The notes beneath the pieces are model-generated. The model saw only the letters and a program-made list of their open reading frames with translations, was not told the origin of the DNA and ran no database searches. The translations under genes were made by a program, and so were the position numbers. Shown piece by piece: positions 21,069 to 30,126 of a stretch of 64,000 nucleotides of DNA (position 1 is its first letter; each line of letters opens with the position of its first letter). Source of the DNA: Dehalococcoidia bacterium (GTDB taxonomy: Bacteria > Chloroflexota > Dehalococcoidia > UBA2979); the NCBI GenBank assembly GCA_965219085.1, contig OZ244720.1:1216001-1280000 (forward strand). Direction: 5' to 3'.

Positions 21069-21400
21069 TCAGCGCTCCACCATCAACCTCGAAGATGCAC
21101 AGCACGTCCGAACCGGACGCCACCATCGGGTGCAGAACGCCGTCCTGCAGGAAGGCGATGCGCGTCCCGTCCGGCGACCACGCCGGCCCCGCACCCCACA
21201 CGTTCGAACCGGCCGCCCCCTCCGCGACGAGCGTGAGGTTTGAAGCACGCTCGGACCCACGGAACGCGAGCCGCGGTCGGGCGACCACACCGGTGCGGTC
21301 TGCGATTCCTGGCCGGGCGTGAGTTGCCGGTGCTCCCTGCCGCCCCCGAAGAAGAACAGCACGCGCTCCGTCTCCTCGAGTCCCTTCGTCTCTCACTGCC
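21069..21400 (-). pseudogene. Degenerate TolB/PD40-repeat protein remnant
   Basis: PVWSPD and PAWSPDGTRIAF in different frames; boundaries approximate. Confidence 0.55.
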
Positions 21401-21555
21401 TTCGGGAGACTGTGTACACGCCCGAACCACACACCCCGGTGGCGAGAGCGCGAACGCGCGACTCCTCCCACTCACGATACGGAACGCGCGCCCGATGGTT
21501 TCACGGAACCGCAGTGACTCACCAAGGCATCGAGGTGCCCGGGCACCTCCGGAAG

Positions 21556-23259
21556 CTACCCCTCGTCGCCCGGTGGCGGGCCGAAGAGGTCCGGGAACGC
21601 CTCCGGGCGGTGGGCGAGGATCAGGTCGGTGCGAGGGGCCATGCGGTGGCGACGGGTGAGCGCGCGGTTCGCGTCGGCCGCGACCGCCATCGCCTCGCCC
21701 GCCAGCGACTCCGCCGCCACCGCTCCCGACGGCTCGACGACGTACGCGCCGCCCGCGCGGTCGGGGCCAGCCGAGGCCACGACGTAGACGCGGTTTTCGG
21801 CCGCGCGGGTGCGCGCGATCACGCGCACGGCATCCTCGGCCGCATCGGCGAGCGGGCTGGCGCACCACACGAGCACCTCGGCGCCCGCGAGCTTGAGCGC
21901 ACGCGCCGGTTCCGGCGCGAGCGCGTCGCGCCCCGCGAGCAGGCCGAGCCGCCCGAGTCGCGTGTCGATCAGCGGCGGCGGCGCCTCGCCCGGCGCGAAG
22001 CCGGCCACCTGCTCGTCGGCGTCGAGGTGCGCCTGCCGGTAGGCGCAGAGCAGCTCCCCACCGTCGAGCAGCAGCAGCGACTTGTACGCGCGCTCCTCGT
22101 CGCTGTCGCCGCGCGCGGGGCGCTCGGCGAGCGTGACAGCCAGCATCAGCCCCGTCTCGGCGCTCAGCGCCTCAAGCTGCGGCAGCAGCTCCTGCTGGCT
22201 CAGTGCGTGCGGGTCGGCGCCGGCGAGGTCGGGCAGCACGAGCAGCTGCGCGCCCTGCGTCGCGAGCGTCGTGGCCGTCGCGCGCACTTGCTCCATGAGC
22301 TCGACCGCCGAGGGCTGCACGGCAAGCGCGGCCGCCGCCAGCCGCACCTCGGCGTCGGCGACGGTGATCGGCTCGCGGGTCGCGCGCGCCGCAGGTGAGT
22401 CCTCGCCGACGATGGCCGCGCCGCTGTACAGCTCCGGCCGCCGCGCCACCGGCGCACCGCGCACCTCGTCGAGGTCGATCGAGGCGCGGATGATGCCCGG
22501 CGCGTCGCTCGGCGCCTGCACGCGCCAGCGCCCGGCCGGGTCAACGACGCCCGAGCGGCCGGCGTAGACGATCGTGCCGGCTTCGACGCCGACCTTGTCG
22601 GCGGCGACGACCCACACGCCGTTCTCGATCGCGCGCGCCGCGAGCATGTAGTCGACCTGCGGGTTGGAGAGCGCGGCCGGGTCGCGCCCGCTCGACACCC
22701 ACGCGGTGGGGTCGATGAGCAGCTCGGCGCCCGCAGCAGCGAGCGCTCGAGGGATCTCCGGCAGGCGGCCGTCGGCGCACACGAACAGCCCGGCGCGCGC
22801 CCCGCCGATGTCGACGACCGAGGCCTCCTCACCTGGCTCGAACCACCCCGCCTCGAACCACTCGGTGTCGAAGTGCCAGAGGAAGCGCTTCGCGGTCCTC
22901 GTGAGCACCTCGCCGGAGGGTCCGAAGCAGACGGCCTGGTTGCGGAGCTTGCCACCAGGCGTGCGCTGCACGAGCCCGACGACGATCGTCGTGCCATGGC
23001 GCGCCGCGCGCGCGGCAAGCGTCGCCTCGACTTCGCCGTCGGCGAGCAGGCGCGCGGCCTCGTACGCCGCGCGCGAGTGGAGGTAGTACGCGGGGTAGCT
23101 GGCCTCGGGCGCTACGATCAGGCCGGGCGGCGGACCGTCGGCTGGCGCGGCGGCCTCGTCGATGCGGCGTAGCAGTTCGGCCCATGCCGCCTCGTGGTCG
23201 GCGAGCCCGAACGCGCGCAGTTGCAGCAGCGCTACGTCCAGCACCCGTCCGCCTGTCAC
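21556..23259 (-). CDS. Carbon-nitrogen hydrolase with two nitrilase-fold domains
   Basis: Domain 1 PE..K..VCADGRLPE; domain 2 ARTRAAENRVYVV with degenerate triad. Confidence 0.85.
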   Translation of the reverse strand: MTGGRVLDVALLQLRAFGLADHEAAWAELLRRIDEAAAPADGPPPGLIVAPEASYPAYYLHSRAAYEAARLLADGEVEATLAARAARHGTTIVVGLVQRTPGGKLRNQAVCFGPSGEVLTRTAKRFLWHFDTEWFEAGWFEPGEEASVVDIGGARAGLFVCADGRLPEIPRALAAAGAELLIDPTAWVSSGRDPAALSNPQVDYMLAARAIENGVWVVAADKVGVEAGTIVYAGRSGVVDPAGRWRVQAPSDAPGIIRASIDLDEVRGAPVARRPELYSGAAIVGEDSPAARATREPITVADAEVRLAAAALAVQPSAVELMEQVRATATTLATQGAQLLVLPDLAGADPHALSQQELLPQLEALSAETGLMLAVTLAERPARGDSDEERAYKSLLLLDGGELLCAYRQAHLDADEQVAGFAPGEAPPPLIDTRLGRLGLLAGRDALAPEPARALKLAGAEVLVWCASPLADAAEDAVRVIARTRAAENRVYVVASAGPDRAGGAYVVEPSGAVAAESLAGEAMAVAADANRALTRRHRMAPRTDLILAHRPEAFPDLFGPPPGDEG

Positions 23260-23262
23260 TGA

Positions 23263-23310
23263 CCTGCGGGGTTTCCCCGCGTCCGCGGGAGGCCTGCGGG
23301 GTTTCCCCGC
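23263..23310. repeat. Two copies of palindromic CCTGCGGGGTTTCCCCGC, 30-bp period (REP-like)
   Basis: 23263-23280 and 23293-23310 identical. Confidence 0.75.
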
Positions 23311-23312
23311 AT

Positions 23313-24083
23313 CTACGGGGACTCCGCGACGACCGGATTCACGAGGTAGCCGACGCCCTCGACCTCGACGCGGACGGAGTCACCCGCCGCGAGGCGACGC
23401 GTCGTGCCCGGCGTGCCCGTGAAGATGAGGTCGCCGCGCTCGAGGGTCATCGAGCGCGAGATCCAGGCGATGCACGCCCGCACCGAGTGGATGAGGTCCG
23501 CGGTCGAAGCCTCCTGCACCACCTCGCCGTTCACGAGCACGCGTAGCCCGATGTGCTCGGGGTCGAGGTCGGTGGCGATGAACGGGCCGACGGCCGTGAA
23601 GGTGTCGGCGGACTTCGCGCGCCACCACTGCAGGTCGTTGCCCTGCCACGCGCGCGCGGACACGTCGTTGCCGCCGGTGTAGCCGAGCACGTAGTCGTCG
23701 ACGCGGTCCTCGGGGATGTTGCGGCCGCGGCGGCCGATCACGGCGACGACCTCGCCCTCCTCGTCGACCGGCCCGGCGTCTGCCGGGAGCACGATCGCTT
23801 CGCCGGCGCCAATCACGGAGCTCGGCGCCTTGAGGAACGGCTCGGGGTTCGCCGGCTCGGGGCGCGCTTCGGCGCCCGCGGCGAGGTGCGTGCGGTAGTT
23901 CAGCCCGATCGCCACGACCTTGCTCGGCCGTACCGGCGCGAGCAGCGTCGCCTCGCGCGCCGTGAACGACTCGCCCGTCCGCTCGAGGCGGCCGAAGAGC
24001 CCGCCGCGCACGACGTGCAGCGTGTCCCCCTCGACGATCCCGCTGAGGGTGCGACGACCAACGCGAACGCGTCCGAGCAGCAT
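23313..24083 (-). CDS. Fumarylacetoacetate hydrolase family protein
   Basis: PSKVVAIGLNY..H, FLK.P, D.EGE, NDVSAR, GDLIFTGTP. Confidence 0.93.
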   Translation of the reverse strand: MLLGRVRVGRRTLSGIVEGDTLHVVRGGLFGRLERTGESFTAREATLLAPVRPSKVVAIGLNYRTHLAAGAEARPEPANPEPFLKAPSSVIGAGEAIVLPADAGPVDEEGEVVAVIGRRGRNIPEDRVDDYVLGYTGGNDVSARAWQGNDLQWWRAKSADTFTAVGPFIATDLDPEHIGLRVLVNGEVVQEASTADLIHSVRACIAWISRSMTLERGDLIFTGTPGTTRRLAAGDSVRVEVEGVGYLVNPVVAESP

Positions 24084-24208
24084 CCGAGGCCTCCTGTCGG
24101 CGGTGCTCGCCCCCTCGATCGACGGTCGGCGCGGGGGACGGGCTGTTCGTTCGGCTCATGCTACGATGCTTCCAGTCATCGTGCGGCACCGCCGCGAGGA
24201 GCCCGCTC

Positions 24209-25414
24209 CTGTTCGAGATCTACAACACCCTCGCGCGTCGCGCCGAGCTGTTCGAGCCGTTTGAGGACGGCGTGGCGCGTATCTATGTGTGCGGCATCAC
24301 GCCGTACGACGTCGGCCACCTCGGCCACGCCTTCACGTACGTCTTCTTCGACACCGTGCGCCGCTACCTGGAGTTCCAGGGGCTCGCCGTCCAGCACATC
24401 CAGAACATTACCGACGTCGACGACGACATGGTGCGCGTCTCCCGCGAGCGCGGGATGAGCATCGCGGACCTGACCGACGAGAACCACGCCATCTACCTGC
24501 GCGAGATGGACTCGCTCAACGTGCTCCGCCCGAACGCCTACCCCCGCGCCTCCGACTCGATGCCGCAGATCATCGAGATGATCGAGACCCTCGTGGCGCG
24601 CGGCCACGCGTACACCGTCGAGGGGTACGTGATGTTCGACGCGTCGACCCGCGCGGACTTCGGCGCGCTCGCGGGCAAGACGCCGCAGGAGCTGCGCGAC
24701 GGCCCGCGCACCGACAGCATGCCCGACGAGCCCGACCACCTGAAGCGCGACTCGCTCGACTTCCTGCTGTGGCAGCCCTCGGACGCGCCGGGCGCCGCCT
24801 ACGACTCGCCGTGGAGCACGGGCCGCCCCGGCTGGCACATCGAGTGCTCGGCAATGGCGACGGCGAACCTCGGCGCCCGCATCGACATCCACGGCGGTGG
24901 GCGCGACCTCGTCTACCCGCACCACGAGTCGGAGCTGGTGCAGTCCGAGTCGGCGACGGGCGCCGCGCCGTTCGTGCGCTACTGGATGCACGTCGGCACG
25001 GTCACGATCGACGGCGAGAAGATGTCGAAGTCGCTCGGCAACCTCGTGAAGGTGAGCGAGTTGCTCGCGCAGGGCCACACGCCGGACGCGATCCGCCTGA
25101 TGCTGCTCGGCCGCCACTACCGCGAGGAGCACCCGTGGAGCCGGGACGAGCTGCTGGGCTACGAGGACCTCGCCGCGCGCCTGCGTCGCGCCGTCGACGC
25201 GCCCGGTGGCCCGCCGGACCAGTTGCTGGTACAGCCGCGCCGCAACCAGTTCATGGACGCCCTCGACGCCGACTTCGACACCCCGAAGGCCATCACGATC
25301 CTCACCCGTATCGCCTCGGACATCGAGGCGCGCCGCCTCCACGCGGAGACGGCAGTCCCCGCGCTGATCGAGCTGGCGGGGGTGTTGGGGCTGACGTTGG
25401 GGCGTGAGGAGTAG
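24209..25414 (+). CDS. Short cysteine ligase, MshC/CysS-like (no anticodon-binding domain)
   Basis: YVCGITPYD.GHLGH, GRPGWHIECS, HGGG.DL..PHHE, KMSKSLGN; probable CTG start after GAGGAG (ATG 24158 alternative). Confidence 0.85.
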   Translation: MFEIYNTLARRAELFEPFEDGVARIYVCGITPYDVGHLGHAFTYVFFDTVRRYLEFQGLAVQHIQNITDVDDDMVRVSRERGMSIADLTDENHAIYLREMDSLNVLRPNAYPRASDSMPQIIEMIETLVARGHAYTVEGYVMFDASTRADFGALAGKTPQELRDGPRTDSMPDEPDHLKRDSLDFLLWQPSDAPGAAYDSPWSTGRPGWHIECSAMATANLGARIDIHGGGRDLVYPHHESELVQSESATGAAPFVRYWMHVGTVTIDGEKMSKSLGNLVKVSELLAQGHTPDAIRLMLLGRHYREEHPWSRDELLGYEDLAARLRRAVDAPGGPPDQLLVQPRRNQFMDALDADFDTPKAITILTRIASDIEARRLHAETAVPALIELAGVLGLTLGREE

Positions 25415-25420
25415 CCGCGT

Positions 25421-26254
25421 CTAGTCGAGCCCGGGGAGACGTACCCGACCCACGTGGTCTTTCTGGCTGATCTTCTGCCAGAAATCCCCACCCCGCTCGT
25501 GCTTGCTGGCGTACACCATGTGGTAGATCGAGGCTCCCGTGCGGTTCCGTGCCTGCTGGCGATCATCGAAGACCGTGTATCCGATCGAGCGAAGCTGGTC
25601 CTCATAGAGATTGAGCAAGGCGCGGTACGTGAGGCGCTCAGGGCCCTTTCCCGGAATCAGATCCCTCCACGCTGACGTTCCGAAGAAGCGCTCGAGTGTG
25701 GCTTCAAGCGATGGCTCGCCGATGAAACGTCGGATGTACCCGGTCATGAACGTAATGATGAGATCGATGCGCAGGCCCGCAGTCATTCGCCGGATCGCGT
25801 CGAAGGAGATTTGGAATGCTGTCGGATCAATGACGGCAAGCCCCAGCGTTCGCCCCGCTTCGAACGGCGGGAACAGATGCTCGCGCGCGGTAACAGCAGC
25901 GTCGTTGCAATCCATGTCGGTGAATCGTACGTGGCTGGCGTTCGCCTCGCCCACCCGCCGCCTCAGAGCCGCAATAGAGTCGGTACTGATGTCGTTCAGG
26001 AAGACCGCCTCGAACTCCTCGTGGCGGGCGGCCATGAGGGCTGAGCCCGGGCGTTCCTCGCCCGACTCCTCATCAACGCACAGTCCAGGCCCCGCGAAGA
26101 GATCGGCGTAGACCAGCCTCCACTGTCTCCGCATACCCCCGGTGAAGATACCGAGGTAACCGTCGATCAGGAGCAGCTTCGTCCGTGTCCATGGCTGCAG
26201 CGGGAACGCCGGCAATCCGTCACTCGCAACGAGGTTAGGCAACGCTGGCCTCAA
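25421..26254 (-). CDS. tcmP: Three-Cys-motif partner protein TcmP (SAM-methyltransferase-like)
   Basis: WT..KL..I..Y, YADLFAGPG, GSAL.A, D.N, IDP; partner of DUF5131. Confidence 0.82.
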   Translation of the reverse strand: MRPALPNLVASDGLPAFPLQPWTRTKLLLIDGYLGIFTGGMRRQWRLVYADLFAGPGLCVDEESGEERPGSALMAARHEEFEAVFLNDISTDSIAALRRRVGEANASHVRFTDMDCNDAAVTAREHLFPPFEAGRTLGLAVIDPTAFQISFDAIRRMTAGLRIDLIITFMTGYIRRFIGEPSLEATLERFFGTSAWRDLIPGKGPERLTYRALLNLYEDQLRSIGYTVFDDRQQARNRTGASIYHMVYASKHERGGDFWQKISQKDHVGRVRLPGLD

Positions 26255-26981
26255 ATCGCGCCGGCGCCTCGTCCCACGTCCGTCCGTCCAGGAGGCGCCC
26301 CGACGCCTTCTTGCTCATCCGCTTCCCCGACGCGTCGTGCGCGCCCCACTGCTTGAAGAAGAATGGGACCCCGGCGTCGAGACACTGGTCCCGAATATCC
26401 AGCGCCCACTCAGGGCGCATCGGCCGGGCCCGCGGGCCGCTCTCGCCTCCCACGATCACCCAGTGGACGCCACCGAGGTCGAGGTCGAGCGGGCCGAGCA
26501 GTGGCTCGCAGGACAGGAAGCGCACCTTCGAGTCGATCGACCGCAGCGCATCGATGCGGGTGGTCCAGCGCTGGTTCTCGACTGAGACGCCGAGCCATAC
26601 ATTCGACGGCCACGGCAACGACGGCGCGAGGGTGGCGGCTCGCTCCGGGCGCTTTGTGAGTACCTGGAACGTGTGCCAGTGCGCGCGCTCCATCACATCG
26701 AAGACCTCGGCGACGAAGGCATCCTCGATGTCCTCGTGGAACAGGTCGCTCATGCTGTTCACGAAGATCGTGCGCGGGCGCTTCCACGCGAGCGGCTGCT
26801 CGATCCGCTCCGGCCGCAAGACGACGTCGAACCCCTGCTCGTACGGATGGCCCGGCACGCCCCGGAACCGCTCGGCGAAGCGCTTCGCGTAGCAGTGCGC
26901 GCATCCCGGCGACACCTCAGTGCAGCCAGTGACGGGGTTCCAGGTCGCCTCGGTCCACTCGATGGCGCTGCGGTCGGACAT
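26235..26981 (-). CDS. DUF5131 / phage Gp37-Gp68 family protein
   Basis: IEWTEATWNPVTGC..VSPGC..CYA, FVNSMSDLFH, LTKRP, WVIVGGESG, FFFKQWG. Confidence 0.93.
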   Translation of the reverse strand: MSDRSAIEWTEATWNPVTGCTEVSPGCAHCYAKRFAERFRGVPGHPYEQGFDVVLRPERIEQPLAWKRPRTIFVNSMSDLFHEDIEDAFVAEVFDVMERAHWHTFQVLTKRPERAATLAPSLPWPSNVWLGVSVENQRWTTRIDALRSIDSKVRFLSCEPLLGPLDLDLGGVHWVIVGGESGPRARPMRPEWALDIRDQCLDAGVPFFFKQWGAHDASGKRMSKKASGRLLDGRTWDEAPARFEASVA

Positions 26982-26996
26982 CGGGGAACTCCTTGT

Positions 26997-27010
26997 AGAA
27001 CGTGTGTTCG
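26997..27010 (-). promoter_or_regulatory. LexA (SOS/Cheo) box CGAACACACGTTCT
   Basis: Perfect GAAC-N4-GTTC at 26998-27009, between -10-like TACTAT (27011-27016) and AAGGAG RBS. Confidence 0.8.
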
Positions 27011-27114
27011 ATAGTACACACGTCTGTCAACACTGTATCGGGTGCAGGCGATACGGAACGCGCGCCCGCTCACCCGCCCTGTAGTACGCTCGATCGCCAA
27101 GGGGTGGGGGCAAC

Positions 27115-28395
27115 GTGCTCGAGATTGGCGGCGGTCTACTCGCCGTCGCGTTCCTGGTCTTCCTCAACGGCTTCTTCGTCGCCGCCGAGTTCGCGCTCGT
27201 CACCGTACGCCAGACGCGCGTCCAGCAACTCGTCAACGAGGGCCGCCCCGGCGCGCGCAACGTCGAGGACGGTATCACCCACCTCGACAGCTACATCGCC
27301 GCCTGCCAGCTCGGCATCACCATCGCCAGCCTGGCGCTCGGCTGGATCGGCGAGCCCGCGCTCGCGGGGCTGCTCGATCCGGTCCTGGGGGCGTTCGGGT
27401 CCCACGCCGTCAGCTTCGCGGTGGCGTTCACGCTGATCACGGCCCTCCACGTCATCGCCGGCGAGCTGGCGCCGAAGGGCGTTGCGCTCCAGTACCCGGA
27501 GCAGACGGCGATCGTGGTGGCGGGGCCGCTGCGGCTGTTCCGCGCGGTATTCCGGCCCGTCATCTACGTGCTCAACGAGAGCGGCTGGCTCGTCGCGCGG
27601 CTGCTGCGCGTGAACCGCGCCGCCGGCCAGCACGGTCACTTCGGCCCCGACGAGCTGCGGCTCGTGGTGCAGGCCAGCGCCGAGGCGGGCGAGCTGAACG
27701 ATCAGCAGCAGTTCATGCTGCAGCGCGTGATCCGCTTCGCGGACCTCACCGTCGCCAACGTCACGATCCCTCGCACCGAGGTGATCGCGATCGACGCCGA
27801 CACCTCCACCGACGACGCGATCGCCTTCGCCAAGGCACAGCGCCACTCGCGCTACCCCGTCTACCGCAACGACCTCGACGACGTGATCGGCGTGCTGCAC
27901 GCCCGCGACCTGCTGCTGGCGGAGTCCGAGACGCCGCTGTCCTCGCTGCTGCGCGAGCCGCTCGTGGTGCCGGCGCAGATCGACGTGCAGGAGCTGCTGC
28001 GGCTGATGCGCGTGCGGCGCACGCAGTTCGCCATCGTGGTCGACGAGTACGGCGGCACGGACGGGATCGTGACGCTCGAGAACGTGCTCGAGGAGATCGT
28101 CGGCGAGCTGCAGGACGAGTTCGAGGTGCCCGAGGAGCCAGCCGTGCGCCGGCCCGGCGGCATCGTGCGCATCGACGCCGCCGAGGGTGTCGACGTGCTC
28201 GAGGAGCTGCTGGGCCTTGCAGTGGATCCGGGGCCGTACAACACCGTCGCCGGCCTCGTACTGGAGCTGCTGGGCGAGATCCCGGAGGTGGGCGCGACGG
28301 CCGACTTCGAGGGCCACCGCTTCACCGTCGTGGCGATGGACGGACTGCGCATCGCGCTCGTCGAGGCGCAACGTATCCGTCCGGGAGCGCCGTAG
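27115..28395 (+). CDS. HlyC/CorC (CNNM) family membrane protein
   Basis: NGFFVAAEFALV, QLGIT, GELAPK, HSRYPVY, VVDEYGGT.GIVTLE..LEEIVGE. Confidence 0.93.
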   Translation: MLEIGGGLLAVAFLVFLNGFFVAAEFALVTVRQTRVQQLVNEGRPGARNVEDGITHLDSYIAACQLGITIASLALGWIGEPALAGLLDPVLGAFGSHAVSFAVAFTLITALHVIAGELAPKGVALQYPEQTAIVVAGPLRLFRAVFRPVIYVLNESGWLVARLLRVNRAAGQHGHFGPDELRLVVQASAEAGELNDQQQFMLQRVIRFADLTVANVTIPRTEVIAIDADTSTDDAIAFAKAQRHSRYPVYRNDLDDVIGVLHARDLLLAESETPLSSLLREPLVVPAQIDVQELLRLMRVRRTQFAIVVDEYGGTDGIVTLENVLEEIVGELQDEFEVPEEPAVRRPGGIVRIDAAEGVDVLEELLGLAVDPGPYNTVAGLVLELLGEIPEVGATADFEGHRFTVVAMDGLRIALVEAQRIRPGAP

Positions 28396-28440
28396 CGAAC
28401 CGTCGCTGCGGGCGTCCCGAACCGGAGGGGGTGAGTGATG

Positions 28441-29070
28441 CTACGAGGGTTTGCTGCCCGCCGGGTCGTCCGTCTTGCCGGACCCGTCCGTCGAGCCCGT
28501 CTCGCCGGTCTCCGCATCCGATCGGGGCTCGTCGCGATCCGCGCGAGGCCGCTTCGAGAGCTCCTCGCCGAGGGCGTCGACGGCGGGCCTGAGGGGTCGC
28601 GGGGCGACGCTGCGGGCGACCTGCGCGGCCGCGCCGCGCAGCTCATCGTCGTGGTCACGCGCGTACTGGGCGGCATCCTGGGCCGCGCGAGCCACATGCG
28701 GCACCGCCGCCTCGCCCGCCACACGGGCCTCGCGCGCCAGGCGCTCGACCTCCGGCTTCGTCCGCTCGGCCGCGTCACGCACGCGATCGGCCGCCGAACG
28801 CGCCGCCCGCTCGGCCGCGGGCCGGCGACGCGCCGCCTCTTCGCGCGCGGCGGAAGCCATCCGCTGCACTCGGTCGGCGAACTGCCGGGCCTGCGGGCCC
28901 GCGGTCTCGTTCGCCGCCTGCGCGGCGGCTTCGACGCGGCGACGCAGCTCGTCGGTGATGCCGCCCCCGGTCGTCGACGTGCCCCGGCCGCGGAGGGGCC
29001 CGCGCCGCTTCGGACGCGGCTTCGCGGGCTCCTCGGGAGGGTCTCCGGCGTCGGTTGGTTCGTCCGCCAT
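28441..29070 (-). CDS. Hypothetical Ala/Arg-rich helical protein
   Basis: Codon bias and collinearity with neighbours; no family recognised. Confidence 0.6.
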   Translation of the reverse strand: MADEPTDAGDPPEEPAKPRPKRRGPLRGRGTSTTGGGITDELRRRVEAAAQAANETAGPQARQFADRVQRMASAAREEAARRRPAAERAARSAADRVRDAAERTKPEVERLAREARVAGEAAVPHVARAAQDAAQYARDHDDELRGAAAQVARSVAPRPLRPAVDALGEELSKRPRADRDEPRSDAETGETGSTDGSGKTDDPAGSKPS

Positions 29071-29104
29071 GTGCCGCTCCGCGGCCGGCGCGAGCCGGCC
29101 GGTC

Positions 29105-29437
29105 CTAGCCAGACCCCTGGCCGGCGCGGATCTCGTTGATCGAGAAGACGATCATGCCGACGCTCGGCATCCGGCCCCAGCCCTCGGGGGTGCTGTAGAA
29201 GCGCTCGCCGTTGGTCGTCTCCGGAGGCTCGCGCTCCCCGTACTCGACATCGAGCCCCTCGATGCGGATCGTGGGCGATCCGAGGCAGCGCACCGCCTGC
29301 GCGTCGTCCACCGAAGTGACCACCCGCGTCTCAATCTCCGGATCGGCGACGCCCGCCTCGCGCACGGCGTCGTTGATCAGCGCCAGCGCATCCTCGGTGA
29401 GCGGCTCGTCGGTGGCGACATAGAGAACGATCTTCAC
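29105..29437 (-). CDS. Thioredoxin-fold small protein (GSPTIRI.G family)
   Basis: CLGSPTIRIEGLD, RFY.TPEG...P. Confidence 0.65.
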   Translation of the reverse strand: MKIVLYVATDEPLTEDALALINDAVREAGVADPEIETRVVTSVDDAQAVRCLGSPTIRIEGLDVEYGEREPPETTNGERFYSTPEGWGRMPSVGMIVFSINEIRAGQGSG

Positions 29438-29565
29438 AGCTTCCGCCTCTCGCTGCTGTGCGTACTGCCCGCCGACCTCGTGGCGTCGTGGGCCCCGCGC
29501 ATCCTACCGCGCGAGGGCCGAACGTGCGGCATGCCCCGGCGCTACGGCTGGATTGTCGCCGAGCG

Positions 29566-30126
29566 TCACCGCGTGCGCCACGCCTCGATGATCGCCGGGT
29601 CGTGCTGGAAGGCGAGCTCGGGCAACTCGTCGGGGGCGAACAGCCCCACCTCGTACGCCTCGTCCCCCGCCGCCGGCGCGCCTCCCACGACGTGGCCCGC
29701 GTAGGCGATGAACACCACCGGGTCGCCCGCGGCGCTGTAGACGCCGAGGGTGCGGTCCAGCTCCACCTCGACGCCGGCCTCCTCGAACGCCTCGCGGCGG
29801 GCCGCGTCCTCGACGACCTCGCCGGCGTCGACGAACCCCGAGGGGAACGTCCAGCGACCCATCATCGGCTCGTGGTTGCGGCGCACGAGCAACACCCGGC
29901 CCTCGTGCTCGACGACGACGCCGGTCGCGACCTTCGGGTTGTCGAAGCGCACGAAGCCGCACGCGGGGCAGCCGGGCTGCCCGCCCGGGCCGCGTCCGGC
30001 CTCCAGCTCCGTCGCGCACTGCGGGCAGAAGCGCTGCTCGAGGTGTTCGTGCCCCGCGCCCGGCCCGCCCGCCCCGCCCGGCCCGTCCGCATCGCCGTGC
30101 CCCGCATCGGGGCCTGCGGACGTCAC
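29566..30126 (-). CDS. NUDIX hydrolase with zinc ribbon
   Basis: FCPQC..CPACG, G..DAGE....AARREAFEEAG. Confidence 0.9.
   Translation of the reverse strand: MTSAGPDAGHGDADGPGGAGGPGAGHEHLEQRFCPQCATELEAGRGPGGQPGCPACGFVRFDNPKVATGVVVEHEGRVLLVRRNHEPMMGRWTFPSGFVDAGEVVEDAARREAFEEAGVEVELDRTLGVYSAAGDPVVFIAYAGHVVGGAPAAGDEAYEVGLFAPDELPELAFQHDPAIIEAWRTR

Noticed and set aside
18847-21500. Integrative island at tRNA-His 3' end
   Set aside because: No integrase or tRNA 3' repeat seen
23263-23325. CRISPR type I-E-like repeat (GTTTCCCCGC..GCGGG)
   Set aside because: Two units, no spacer, no cas genes
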